DNA of 64,000 bases from Trichosphaerium sp. ATCC 40318 (lineage: Eukaryota > Protista > Tubulinea), in assembly GCA_038496445.1 (NCBI GenBank), contig JALMLS010000353.1:124001-188000 (forward strand), given 5' to 3'. A program made the translations under genes and the position numbers. A model generated the notes under the pieces. It was given only the letters and a program-made list of their open reading frames with translations. It was not told where the DNA came from and searched no databases. Below are positions 42,430 through 55,096 of the stretch, piece after piece (position 1 is the first letter of the stretch; every line of letters starts with the position of its first letter).

Positions 42430-44889
42430 ATGTCACCAAGTACCATACTTTTTGTTGGTATTTGTTTGGTTTTAGCTGTCCAATCCAGAAGCTATTCTGT
42501 TGGAGACACTCGCGTTCTATTCACAGATGACTCATACAAACTCTCCTTTGATAATGGCATGACATGGTCCTTTTCATACCCAACAAGGCACACAATGAAG
42601 CTACGTTACCAAAACTTCGACCCTCTCGCCGAAGAAGCACCAAAAGCGCCAGAACACTTGGACTTTTCTAACGCTAAAAAACTTGGGTCAACTATCAATA
42701 CCCATTTGATTCAATTCGAGACTATCGCCCTTGCTGCATACAAAGAAGAGCTAACCGAGAAGTATGGAATGCAATTTCACTATCCAATGCCAGATCAAGG
42801 TTACATCGTTTCAGTAAAAGCAGGCACGTGACGGTAGCGCGAAGCGACAAAATAAAAGAAAACCGTTAGTTTTACCTTTCCAAGCGATTTTCTCAATCCA
42901 GTTTTGGGCTTCCCAGCCATACTCATTCCCTTTTTCTAGGCACTGATCTTGGAGATATTGAGCAACTACCTTACGTTCGTTGGGTTGGAGAATACGCACC
43001 TCAATACAAACTTCAACTGGATATTATCAACGACGCCCTTGACGAGAAGTTCTCTTCACGTGTTCGTAGATACAATATCATGACCGTTACCAAGGTATGT
43101 GTATAAAAATTGTAGTTATATTACGCTGTAATAACTGTTTATTGCGTAGGAAATCCAAGTTGAGCTCATCGCAAAGATTGAGCGCCTTGGTGCTACTGTA
43201 TTTTACTCGACTTTGAAGGGTTTCAGGATTGAAGCAAGCCTTTCAAAATCTGACCTTATGACTGTCGCCCACCTCCATGAAGTATTATCAATTGATAACT
43301 GGAGCAAACCTGAAGATGATATGGATATCGCCAGAATGATCAGCGGCGCTGATTACGTAGAAAGAGCACCAGGCGTTCCAGTAGGGTACGATTTTTCTTC
43401 CTTTTCTTTGTTCTCCATGATGCATGCCGTTCTCGCTTTTATGCTTTGAATACTTGCTCAATTACTTCCTAGATACACTGGACAAGGTGTTAGCGGAGAA
43501 GTACTCGATTCTGGTTTAAGATCAACCCATCAAGACTTCAGATACCTCAACGACAACCTTAAAGTCAGAACAAACTCTGGTTCCACCTCTCATGGTACAA
43601 GTGTTTTCGGTATCATCTTTGGAAACGGACAAGGAAACGCAAAAGCAAAAGGACTTCTTCCTTCTGCTGCTACAGCTATTTTCGGAGCGTACGTTACATC
43701 TTTCACTCTTTATTTTTGTTTTATTTTTTGCACGTGACCAAAAAAATAACTTGACCTTCAACGTCGTATTTACTTATTTCCGAATAGTTACGGAAGCCTT
43801 GGAGACCGTTACACGTACACTGAAGCTCTTGTTGATCCATCAGGTGAATTCAGAGCTGTTTTCCAAACAAACAGTTGGGGTGCTGCTCAAACAACTGAAT
43901 ACACTTCCATCTCTGCCGAAATGGACGATATCATCTTCAAGACAGATCTTTTGATCTTCCAATCCCAGAGTAACACCGGAAACACCAGAAGCCGACCACA
44001 AGCATGGGCCAAGAATATCGTATCTGTTGGAGGTGTTAAACATAAAGACACCCTAACACGTACTGACGACGAATGGACAAGAGGTGGAAGTACAGGACCT
44101 GCTTCAGATGGAAGAATCAAACCAGATTTATGGCATTTCTATGATTACATCTTCACGACATCAAGCTCTTCTGATACATCATACACACCTTCTTTCGGTG
44201 GTACTAGCGGTGCTACACCTATCACCGCAGGTTACAGTGGCCTCGTATTCGAGATGTGGGCAGATGGCGTATTTGACGGCGCGCCAGGAAAAAGAAGAAA
44301 CGTATTCGATTCTCGACCACACTCTTCTACTGCCAAGGCTCTTATGATCAACACAGCCTTCCAATACGAATTCAGCGGACTCGCTGCTGATTACGGACGT
44401 TTCAAGCAAGGATGGGGTATGGTAGACCTTCAAACAATGTTCGACGTTGCCATCGACCACGACTGGAAGTTGCCTGTTCTTTGTGATGAATGCAACCCAA
44501 TCGGACAATCCCAAACACATACATACACAACAGCTGTACCTCAAGTGACAAATCCTTCTTACTTCCAAGCTACACTTGTATACAGAGACCCAGCTGGATC
44601 TCCAAGTGCAAGCAAGCAGTTGATCAATAATATTAACCTCCGTGTTACTTCACCAAGTGGAGTTCAATACTGGGGTAATAATGGTCTTGATGTTGCTACT
44701 GAATCTGTTTCCGGTGGAAACGCTGATCTTGTCAACAATGTCGAGAATGTTATTATCGCTAAGGCTGATTATGGTGTATGGACTGTAGATGTTATTGGTA
44801 CTGAGATTAACCAGGATACAAGACCTGATACTGATATCGCTGATGTTGGATATTCATTGGTTGTTACTTTTGGAGCAAGTCCAAAATAA
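42430..44889 (+). CDS. Secreted subtilisin-like serine peptidase (S8) with a C-terminal beta-sandwich domain
   Basis: Signal peptide; catalytic motifs VLDSG, HGTSVFG, GGTSGATP; AKNIVSVG, GPASDGRIKPD, KALMINTA, QGWG, NNVENV. Confidence 0.92.
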
Positions 44890-45251
44890 ATAAATCAGTT
44901 TTAGACTTTTTAACACCAAGTTAGTTTTTATTTTATTTGAAAACATGCTTCCGACTTGACCTGTATTCGCACATTTGATAGAAATGAGCTTTGACTGTTT
45001 TAACTCGGATATAAGAATAATCACGTGCAAAAACACTTAGCTGAATGCAATGTTTTGGCGTCAGCTAGATTACAGTCAACAAACTCAGAACGTGTTAACA
45101 CAACTATATCAAGCACTGTCTCTAATGTCGATTTCTACAAATATTTCTTGCAAGGTGAAAACTGCAATGGCTAAAACAGTAGTAGCGCCACTTGATGTTA
45201 TTAAAGTGTTGAATTCATAAACAATTCTGTAAAACACTTGTGGTTTTATTG

Positions 45252-46370
45252 TTACATAAGAATGCATTTGTCTGATTTATTAGAACCTTCTTTTAATTTC
45301 ATACCAGCTTGAAGTGTAAGTTGTACCAATTCGTCACAGCCTAAAAAAAAAACCAATCAACAAAATCATTCAATGTCTCCATTACCTTGCTTGTTCTTTG
45401 CTGAGCATTCAGCATGTGAGGCAGCACCAAGTTGTTTAGCCAACGTTTGACCCTATTGGATGTTATTACTACTGAACGATAACCATCACGTGATGAAGCA
45501 AAAAAGGTGTTTGGCAACGAAAGCTCATTTTTTCGAAACGAAAAATCCTGGTCATCAAAACACGTACCGCAGCTGATGCTACTTTGGCGGCATCGCCCGT
45601 CAAGTCAGTCTTTGTTGCACAAACAATTAGTGCGAATTCCTAAAGTCACGAAAGTAAATTGTAGGACAGCAAAATAAAAAGGTTTACTCACCTCTTTGTT
45701 CACGTGCTTGCATACTTCAGGATAATATTTATCCTTCACAGCGTCAAACGACTCTGTAGAGTCGACCTCGTAGCAAATTACAAAAACATCTGTTTGTGGG
45801 TAGCTGTGGTGGGAAGGTGAGTACAAACTTACACTTCCAACAAAAAGCGAAAAAGAATTTTACAAAACGGTATTTTATACCTCAATGGCCTCAATTTATC
45901 GTATTCAGGCGATCCTAACAATAATTAAAACGTACTGCGCCTATTGCCGTTGTTTTTAATAATAGTTATACCCGCCTAAAGATGTGTGAGCGTAATCTTT
46001 TAAAGCATGCTTACAGTATCCCACAGTGCTAGAAAATAACGTCAACGGCGTAGAAAGCAGGAAGAGCTAACGTACACACTTGAACTTGTCTGTCCTTGTA
46101 ATCCAAGGCAATACTGTACTCTACAACGTGTTACTAGCACATCAACATGCCTGTAGTACCATCAAATACAGTTGGCACGTATCTAGCAAAAATGAGCAAC
46201 ATAATGGAGAATTAATGATTGTAGCACCCTGCAGGGAACTCCTTTGTTGCGTAGGTGGTCAACAGACTTGTTTTACCAACCTAATTGTTTAACGTTAACA
46301 GTTTGTCAAAATGCGTAATTATAACGCGTGCCCCATCGTTTCCAACGAACACCACCTTCAGACTCTCCAT
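45252..46370 (-). CDS. Atypical Rho/Rac-family small GTPase
   Basis: Spliced [48 protein letters not shown]; CAAX box CILM. Confidence 0.92.
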
Positions 46371-46737
46371 TTGTTGTTACTGTTCAAACTGTTAGCCTAA
46401 TGGCTTTTGGTTCATTTGGAATTCGACACCCAAAATCCACTCAATTTTTGTCAAGGTTTCGAGCCTCAACTCAAACAACGAACAACAGTGCTCTGGAACC
46501 TTATTGTGTTTTACACTTGGCTTGTTTTTAACCAGCACGTGGTTTCGTTGCCACGTGATTCAGGTGATGGCTATTTACCATGACGACTTCGAAAACAAGT
46601 TTAACTTCAGCTGGGATTGATCAAAATTAAACAGGATTTACAATGTACAACAATTTATTTACAAATAATACAACGTGTAGCCCGTGATGACCACAGGTTT
46701 GAAAAATAGTACACAGAGACGTGTGGCAATTCCACGT

Positions 46738-47479
46738 TCACTATGCCATGGTAGCTCGTCGTAGGTGCTTTCTGCTTGTACATTTGGATCTTTTAGCTGG
46801 TTTTGTTATATCTGTTGAATGTGCTTTTTGTATCCATGCATGTCGTCTTTCTTCAAAGTTTGCTGATGCTTGTTTGCTTAGTTTAGGCTTTGGAGAACTA
46901 GCGTAATGGCTTATTTTCTTTCTAAAGATTTGCTTGTTCGTATCCTGAAGGGAAAAAAATATTAGCTAAAAACTATCACAAAAGCATGAAGAGCAGCTCA
47001 ACGTACGTCATTTTGAACAACATTGCGGCCAGAGGGTCTTGGTGATCGTGGTGAACGTATTCCTCGTTTTTGTTCGAGCACGTTTACGCGATATCTTAGG
47101 GATAGGACATTGTCTAAAAAGAGAATAAACATCAAAAGAAGAAATGACCTTTGTTGTTTGCTGAAATAGAAATTTCAGGAATATTCATTTTCAAAAGAGA
47201 AACCGTTTCAGGTACCTTGTACATCCTCTAGACCGGCTCTTATATATCGAAGGTGAAGTAGAACGCCTTTTAGTTTTTCTACCTACGCATGATGAGTAAG
47301 CGTCTTCATATTTTTACGAAATGGCGATAAAATAGATGAGACTTACAGTAGCTTCTTGTTCTGTCATTGGTGTTTCAGAAAGGTGAACTGAGTTTCTTCT
47401 CTTCTTAATACGCTTATGTGGTACTTTAGACGTAAGAGTAGAACTACGAGAACGCATAGACTTCTTTATTTGTTGCATT
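46738..47479 (-). CDS. Hypothetical small basic protein
   Basis: Lys/Arg-rich exons with GT-AG junctions; boundaries approximate. Confidence 0.4.
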
Positions 47480-48405
47480 GCGTCAGTTGTTGTTGTATAA
47501 AATAAGTGATTTCAGATCTTACTTAATTTACCCGGTTACCGAGGGTCATGGCGGAAAATAATTACCCGCAATTCTTAATTAGTTTATAGTTATAGATGTA
47601 TTAAACGCGCTTTTGATATCAAAGGATGGAAACTATTTGAAGAAAAAGAGTCTAGGCAACAACCGAAAATTCGCAGACTTTTCATTCACGGGGCTATTTT
47701 TTCTTCCGGTGAAAAGTCAGTTTCTTGAATTCAACCGCAATATTTCTCAAAGAAGCTATATTTAAAATAACTGCATACGTTACAGCATCTCACTTACGTT
47801 GCTCATTTGAAGATTCGGTTGTTTGATTATTCCGCGGGACGGGATTCCGGGCAAACTGGCGGCTCTTTTAAATAGCGGTTTATGGAGGCGAACACACTTT
47901 AAACCACTCATGCTGTTTAGTAAAAGATGTATGTGAATGTACACCGAAGCGATAGGTGAGTGATAGCAAGTAACTCAATAACGCAATAACCCCTTTTGAC
48001 AATCTCTAGTTAAGCGTAGAGAGGTTATTGTTTATCACACTACATTTGTTGATTTTGCTTTTTTCGTCGTGCTATCACTGTATAGTATCACGCTATCTAT
48101 TTATTGGCTCATGACGAATTCATACATACCGGGTGCGTTGTGTACATTAATGTCCGCAAGAACTGCTCGGCGATCGCAAACTAAAGGCACTTTCTAGTGC
48201 TGTCTCAGACAGCAAAACCATTGTGAACAGCAATGATAAAAACGCTTTTTTTTTTGTTTAGCACGTGTTTGAGGTTGTAGATAGACATTGGCAGTTAACA
48301 CGTGCACGCAATAATTTTTAACCAAAGCTAATTGTTTATTCAAATGTTCTTTGACGACAAAATGATGTTCTTTTTTTGTGCTATCATTGTTACTTCTGAG
48401 TTTAA

Positions 48406-51400
48406 TTAAAGCCTGTCAACTAATTTGCTAAGTTGAGGTACATTTTCAGGCATCTTCTTGCGTTTACGGACTTCAGCAACGATTTTAGTCGCTAGGTTTT
48501 CTTCTTCGGCAAGAGGATCTTTGTCGATAATAGCCCAGTGCGAGAAAATCATAGTTGGGAAGCCTTTACCGTGAGTTGCTTCTCTCAAAGCAGCAGTAAA
48601 TCCGAAGCTCTCAATGACGGGGACGTATCCACGAAGTACGTACATTGGAGTACCTTCTTTGGGGACTAGAAGAGAGGTGTCAGTGTTTGATTTATAAAGT
48701 GTTACTGCGTACTCGCTTCCTCTTCATAACCACGTCTTTTTTGTATCACAGCACGTGATTGAGATAGCTCACTGAAAGGACATTCAATTTCAACAAGGTA
48801 CCATGGTTCCATTATCCTAGGACGTGCGCACAGTTGGGCACCGTGCATTGCTCTTCTAGTAGGTGTACAGATTTGGCTAGGTCCACGATGATTGGAATCA
48901 GGGTGAAGTTTGGCGTCGATGAGGTTGAATCTTACTCCACGAAGAGGTTCTGCGCAGAGTATACCATGAGCTGCAACACCAGAACTGAATTCTGAAGTTA
49001 TGTAGCCTTCGGCTTCGTTCAAGTATGAAATACCGGAAGTTGTATTGACAACAACATTAGGGCCTGTATTTTCTGGTCCATAACCCAATATGCGTTGTGC
49101 TTCTACTTTATTCCATCCGTATTCTCTCGATAGTAGAGAAGCGCGAGCCTTATTGGTGCCTTCTTTTTCGAGAGTGCCACTGAAGAAAGAAAGTTAGAAA
49201 ACTGTCTAACATAAGTTTGTGAAAGTGTATTCTTGTACTTACTCGTCGATTGCTTTTATTGTCTTTTCGTCAAGAGGTTCGGCAGTGAATTTCAGTCGGT
49301 TGAGTTTATTCGATGACTTGGCTAGACATTCTTGGGTTGACTTTGCTGTTACAGTTTCAGAGAAACTGACCAAAGGTTTCGAAGTGACAATGTCAATTCC
49401 GTCACCAAGGAATTTTCTCAAGTCGTTCAAGCTTGTTTCGAGATGAAGTTCTCCAGCTCCGGCAATGATGTATTGACCTTTTTATAGTGTTAATTTTTAT
49501 AATAGAAGCGTGTCAAGTACATACCAGTTGAGTCATCGACAAAAGTCTTAAGGCAAGGATCTGCCTTAGTGAGTAATTTAAGGCAATCATTGAATTTCTT
49601 TCTCTGGCCTTTATCTTTTGGTTCTACTGCCACTTGTACGATAGGACTTACACTGAACTTCATAGGAGCGATAGGGTACGCTGTTGGACCATCAGTAACG
49701 GTACCTAGAGGCAAAGATAAGCATCCAATACAAATAAAGAAAGCAGTTTTTTTGGTAAGTTAATAGTTTCATACCTGACTTGAGTAGATACTTGTCTATA
49801 CCAGCAAGACCAACGATGTTACCACAAGGTATTGAGGAGCATGCTTCGTAGTCTTTACCTCTGAGAAGGAAAGAGTTGCTTATAGAAGCCTTTCTTATGC
49901 TCTTAGAGCCAGGTTCCACAACGTCTCCTCCCAGCACCAAAACTTTAGCGCCGGTTTTGACAGTACCAGAAAAGACTCTTCCATAGCAAATCTAAATTGG
50001 GAAGTTAGAATATTACGTAATAAAAGCGCTAGGTGTGTATTGCATACGAAGTTACGGTAGTTTTGAGTTGGAACTTGTTTTGAAACGAAAACATGAGAGG
50101 TCCATTTGGATCAGCTTCACGGATTGCTTTTGCATATTCGTCGTCCTGAGGACCAGTGTATAGGTTCAATACACGATATTTCTGGGCTTCAACAGGTGAA
50201 GGCAGGTGCTCAATCATCATATCTAATTATAACAATCAGCACGTGACAAGAAAGGGTTCGTATTACTAAAGAAAAAAAATTTGATTTACGTACTTCCTAT
50301 GTTTTCTCCAGCAGGAAGCCATTCCATTAGTATTGCTTTAGCAAGTTTAGATCCGCGGAATTCCTTTTCGAATTGTTTGAGTTTAATACCCCAATTATCA
50401 CAGAACTTTAACAGTTTCTCAGTTTCATTGGCTTCAGCCCACTTGTATACATTTTGTATTGGCTTTAGGACCATCTAGCAGAAAGACATGTTAACTAAAT
50501 TGTAACAATGCTATAGAGAGCTTTGCGTCGTACCTTGACAAAATAACGTTGAAGAGGTTTACCAGACTTACTGACACCAGTGCTGTTAAATTTCTTTGTT
50601 TCGGGATCATAAAATTTATTGCCCCATAGTCTACGAAGGACTTTTTGAGGGTCAGCACCCATTTTTTTTGCTAGCATCTTAGCATAAGAAGGTAGGGTGA
50701 ACGCCCAACCCATTTTACCAGAACCTTAAAGAAATAAATGAGCAACAGCACAAGTATTTTTCAAAAAGTTCTCATTTTTTTCTCTTTTTGTTTCTTGCAC
50801 GTACCAAAAGACATGGTTCCCTTTAAAGGATGAACTGATACATCACCGAGTATTTCATCTTCGTATGTACTAAACAGGTTGTTCATCTGTGCTGCGATGC
50901 TTTCGAGTTGAATGTAGATGTCTTCCAGATCCCAGTCCTTTATTATGCAGAGGTCTACTTTATTAACATGCAGGACGGGGCGGATACGCTCTCCTAGAGC
51001 TTGGCGAGTTACAGTTTCGGTTTGTACCGATGCGCCCTTAATGACATCTACGACGACGAGTGCGCCGTCACTACAACAAAAACGTGAGAACAATACTTGA
51101 GCACCAGTAATAAAACGGTTTTTCGAACAAAAATCCTGTTTAGTTTTTCGTCACTCTTAACACGTACGTTATTCTTAGAGCTGCCGTGACTTCCGATGAA
51201 AAGTCCACGTGCCCGGGAGAATCGACAAGATTAATCAAGAAGTCTTCTTTGTCTTTGTTAAAAACTAGAGAAACTCCAGTAGATTTGATCGTAATAATAC
51301 GTTCTTGTTCTTCTTTTGTGGTGTCCATACCACGTTTTTCACCCACATCTTGCTTACGTATCATACCAGAGCGGTACAAGAAGTTATCCACAAGTGTAGT

Positions 51401-51607
51401 CTTGCCATGATCGACATGGGCTATAAAAAGAGTGTAAGACTTGAGAAGAAACAAAGCAAGAAAGCTCAAAGTGTGTAATGGAAGTACCGATTACAGATAA
51501 GTTTCTGATGTTTTTCTGATTTGCGAGTTGTTTCGTTATTGTTTTCTGAATGAGAGTTAGAGAAGAGAGTCTTTGTGTGTCACGCTAGGAGATATAGTGT
51601 TTACCAT
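48406..51607 (-). CDS. Divergent eukaryotic elongation factor 2 (eEF2) paralog
   Basis: [88 protein letters not shown]. Confidence 0.92.
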
Positions 51608-52033
51608 GTTTTTAGTGGCTGTTTCCGGTTTTTTCGTCGTGCGTAGTTTAGAAGGTAAGAAGATTCTTCAGAGTTACTACAGTCGTCCATTAACTAGTCA
51701 AAAAAGACTAATTTGTTGTTGTATTATTAGATGTTGTTGATTGAGTTGCCTCTTTGTGAAAAAGAAGATATCAGTTTTATTTTTTTCAGAAATTTCTTCG
51801 ATTCAAAATCGATTGTTTCTGTGAAGTACAGTGGTTGTGAGAATATCTCTTGAATACCAACAGTTTTGTATACGATAGCTTAACTCTTACGTGCAGGCAT
51901 GGTTCAAACTTATTGTAAGCAACACCTGCGAAAATAAGTAGTAAGAATCAAAAACATTTCTTTGAAAATAGTTTTATTTGATTTACTTTGACTTTTTTCT
52001 TCCTTGCTTGATTGCGACGGTGGTTGGGTAAAT

Positions 52034-53326
52034 TTAAACAACTATTACAGCTTCCTCTACTTTGATACGCTTTACAGCTCTCTTGATTTTGCTCCTTTGA
52101 ACTGCTGATATTCTTCTCTTTGGTGGTTTTTCTACTCTTTCTGCATCCAACTCGTTGTCACCGTTTGTCACGGCACATAGGCTAAGGCTACCTTTTTCTC
52201 CTCTGTCTATGACCAAATCCATCTTCGATAAAGGCTTTAATGGCTTGTCAAACACCCAAACGCAAGAGCGCTTTGGTAGACCGTGAGCGCCTTTTTCTCG
52301 CTTGAAACCGACGATCTTGACATTGTATGTTTGCGCGAAGGTTTCTTGAAGAGCACGCATGTGCTCGGAATCTTCTGTCATAGCAAACCCAGAAACGTGT
52401 ACATGGTGTCCGTAGTTCTTAAAGTTTACTAGCAAGTAGTTTTCATGCTCACGAAGGAGGGAGAGGATACGTTTTGCTATTTCTTGGTCTTCTTTAAAAA
52501 CTACGATAAAGTCACAATCGCCATTGTCTTCGAAGTTTGTCGGTGTCCTATGTGATGAGGTGTAGAATATCTCCGATATACGTTCTCTAAGCTCATTTCC
52601 TATATTACGTATTTGAGGAATACGGTGGTTGACAGGTGTCACTTCAATTGTGTGATACTTTTCTTGGTTAGCCTGACAAGAATAAGTCCACTGTTCGATA
52701 ATTTCTTGGATTATGGGTTGCTGCTGACGTCTTGGGCGTTGATGAGAATGTCTATTGCCTGCAACAATCTACAGAAAGGTGTAAGATAACCTTACTCTAG
52801 AACAAAAGCAGACCATGTCAACGTCTGTGTCGTTCTCTTCACATTCTTCTTGTGAAGAATTGGAGGTAACACTCTATAGCGTAACTAAGTCAGTAAATTG
52901 GTTTAGCATGGATTGTTTCCGTACGTTTTCGCTTTGTTCATTATTAAAATATGAGTACACAAGGTTTTTAACGTCTTCGCCATAAGTTGCTTGTCCTCTC
53001 AGAAACAAGTCACGCAGTTTATTTCCTACTTTTATTGTAACACCAAACTGACGACAGTAAGCCCCTCTCAACCGGCAATACTTTCTTCTTGGAGGTAGAT
53101 CCACAGGGTTGAGTTTTTGAGCCAAGTAACACCAAAGATATTGTTTTGCTGTAAAATGACTAGCAACAGTTGTTATATCATCAGGCACGTGTCCATTTAA
53201 AAAGTCTGCGGCTTTGACACTTTTTATGGTTTGCGAGACGTCTTCGCGGTTGGGAAAGGCCCAATGACCTTTACGAGGAAGTTGCATGCGTGAGGTATCA
53301 TAGGGCTCGCGATCAGTGCTCATCAC
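52034..53326 (-). CDS. Hypothetical protein, two long exons plus a short one
   Basis: 150-aa and 202-aa ORFs linked by GT-AG introns; C-terminal basic NLS-like tail. Confidence 0.6.
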
Positions 53327-53591
53327 AAGTAGTATTGTTGATTTTAAGTTTTTAACGGTTAAAAAGTGTACGAAACTTGACTTGCAGTAAAATCACTAGC
53401 GGTACAACAAAGTTACGCCATTGAGGCATAGGTACAACCTTGTTGTTCCAACGGTATTTTTTTTCTCACGTGACTTTTCCATAAAAAACAATGGACCGAA
53501 CACTGAACCCAAAGATTGTAACATTTAATTGGGAGGTATTTATTTTATTCTTTGGTAAGCGTAACAATAGTTGATTTGAGGAAGGCTATAT

Positions 53592-55096
53592 TTAGTTGCC
53601 TGTTACAGGAAGTTTATGAGAAGTACCACCCCATTTAGCATAGTCGATCCTGTAAAATGGAGCGAGTTGGAAGATACCTTGAAACTTTTTATCAGGCATA
53701 TCCTTGTCGAGTTTTGGGAAGCTGAACGTCCAGTACTTGGTTTTGGATCTAAATAAATACAGTTAATAATTGAAGGCTTGATAGATGTATCGTATAGCGT
53801 ACTCTCCAGCTGGAATATGACCAAAGTCAAAAGAGACGACATCTAGATCCATACTAACACCACCAGTTGACATACTTTCACTATGGAATGGAGAGTTTTC
53901 ATCAACATCAATGATAACTTTGCAGTCGCGGATAGGGATTGGGAGCTTGTTGGTGAAGGTGACGGATTCTCGGTATACAGTATTGTCCTTGAGATTAGGA
54001 GGTACAATGTACTCAACCTTGGTAGCACAATCTTGGACGCAAACAGTTAGGCCTCTTCCACCTGGGTATACAATTTCCCAAAGTTGGTTGTCGGCGTTTG
54101 TTCTGTCTTCCTGAACAATTTGAGTCTCTGGAGCGTCTGATGATCCAGGTACAGTTAGAGCTTTACCTGATCGCACATTAACGAATACAACATCTATTGA
54201 GTAAGGTTAGATGAAGCGCAAAAGTGTTGAGAAAAAGCAATTGTGAAGCATGACTCTTACGTTCGCCTTGAGCTTCAATGTAGAACTGTTGGTTGTCTCC
54301 ATTGTGGTAATGATACTCAATTAAAGGCGCACCATTTTCAGTGCTAGCACCGCAAATATCCAAAACCTAGCGGGGAAGTAAGTCAATCAGACAAAAAACA
54401 AGAGGCCTACAAAGAAAAAAAAACTGAAAAAAAAAAAAGTGTACCTTTCCTGAGAAGTGACATACGATCTTATAGATTGGTTTCTCGAACGTACCACCGA
54501 CTTTTTCAGCAGTAAATAGCTGGTTATCATACGATGACTTTTTTCGACCATATTGGATAACTGGAGTACTGTCGGCGTTGTCAAAGTACTTACAGTCCAT
54601 AACCAAGCCGCTGTGCTTGTTTCTAATGAAAATAGGACCAATTGATTTTTCTCCAATGCTGGGCTTGTTTTTGTTTCCAGGTTCCATTGTACGCTGCGTA
54701 GAGAACATCCACTCACCGAGAACACTAACCCATACAAGATAGTATGTTGTGCCCTTCCACTTGAACGTTATTTCTTCCTCAAGGCCATCGGCGTTTCTAT
54801 TCTTAAAAGTGAGGTTTGTTGCATCTTCACCATTCACTTTGAGCCATTTCAGAGATGTCTTGGTCCAGCTTCCCTGCGCAGAAGTTAGTGAAGTGAGTTG
54901 GCTACCTCATGCAGATACTATGAAGTAAGAAGAACGCGTTTCCCTTGAAACTAAGAACAAAGAAGAACAAACTTTTAACAGTTTTAGGCACCACGTGCAT
55001 TCAAAAAACTACACGTGCCTTGGTAACGTCGAAGCATGCTGTTAATGTCAAATCGCCGAACGTGTAAGTATACTTGTAATCTCCACCTTCGCTCAT
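53592..55096 (-). CDS. Ricin-B (beta-trefoil) lectin domain protein
   Basis: IRNKHSGLVMD...VIQY...NQLF; SGKVLDICGASTENGAPLIEYHYHNGDNQQF; SGKALTV...NADNQLW (QxW/F repeats). Confidence 0.88.

Noticed and set aside
47480-48400. Long intergenic region with a GC-rich patch, possible ncRNA or transposon
   Set aside because: No terminal repeats, tRNA fold or coding signal recognised.
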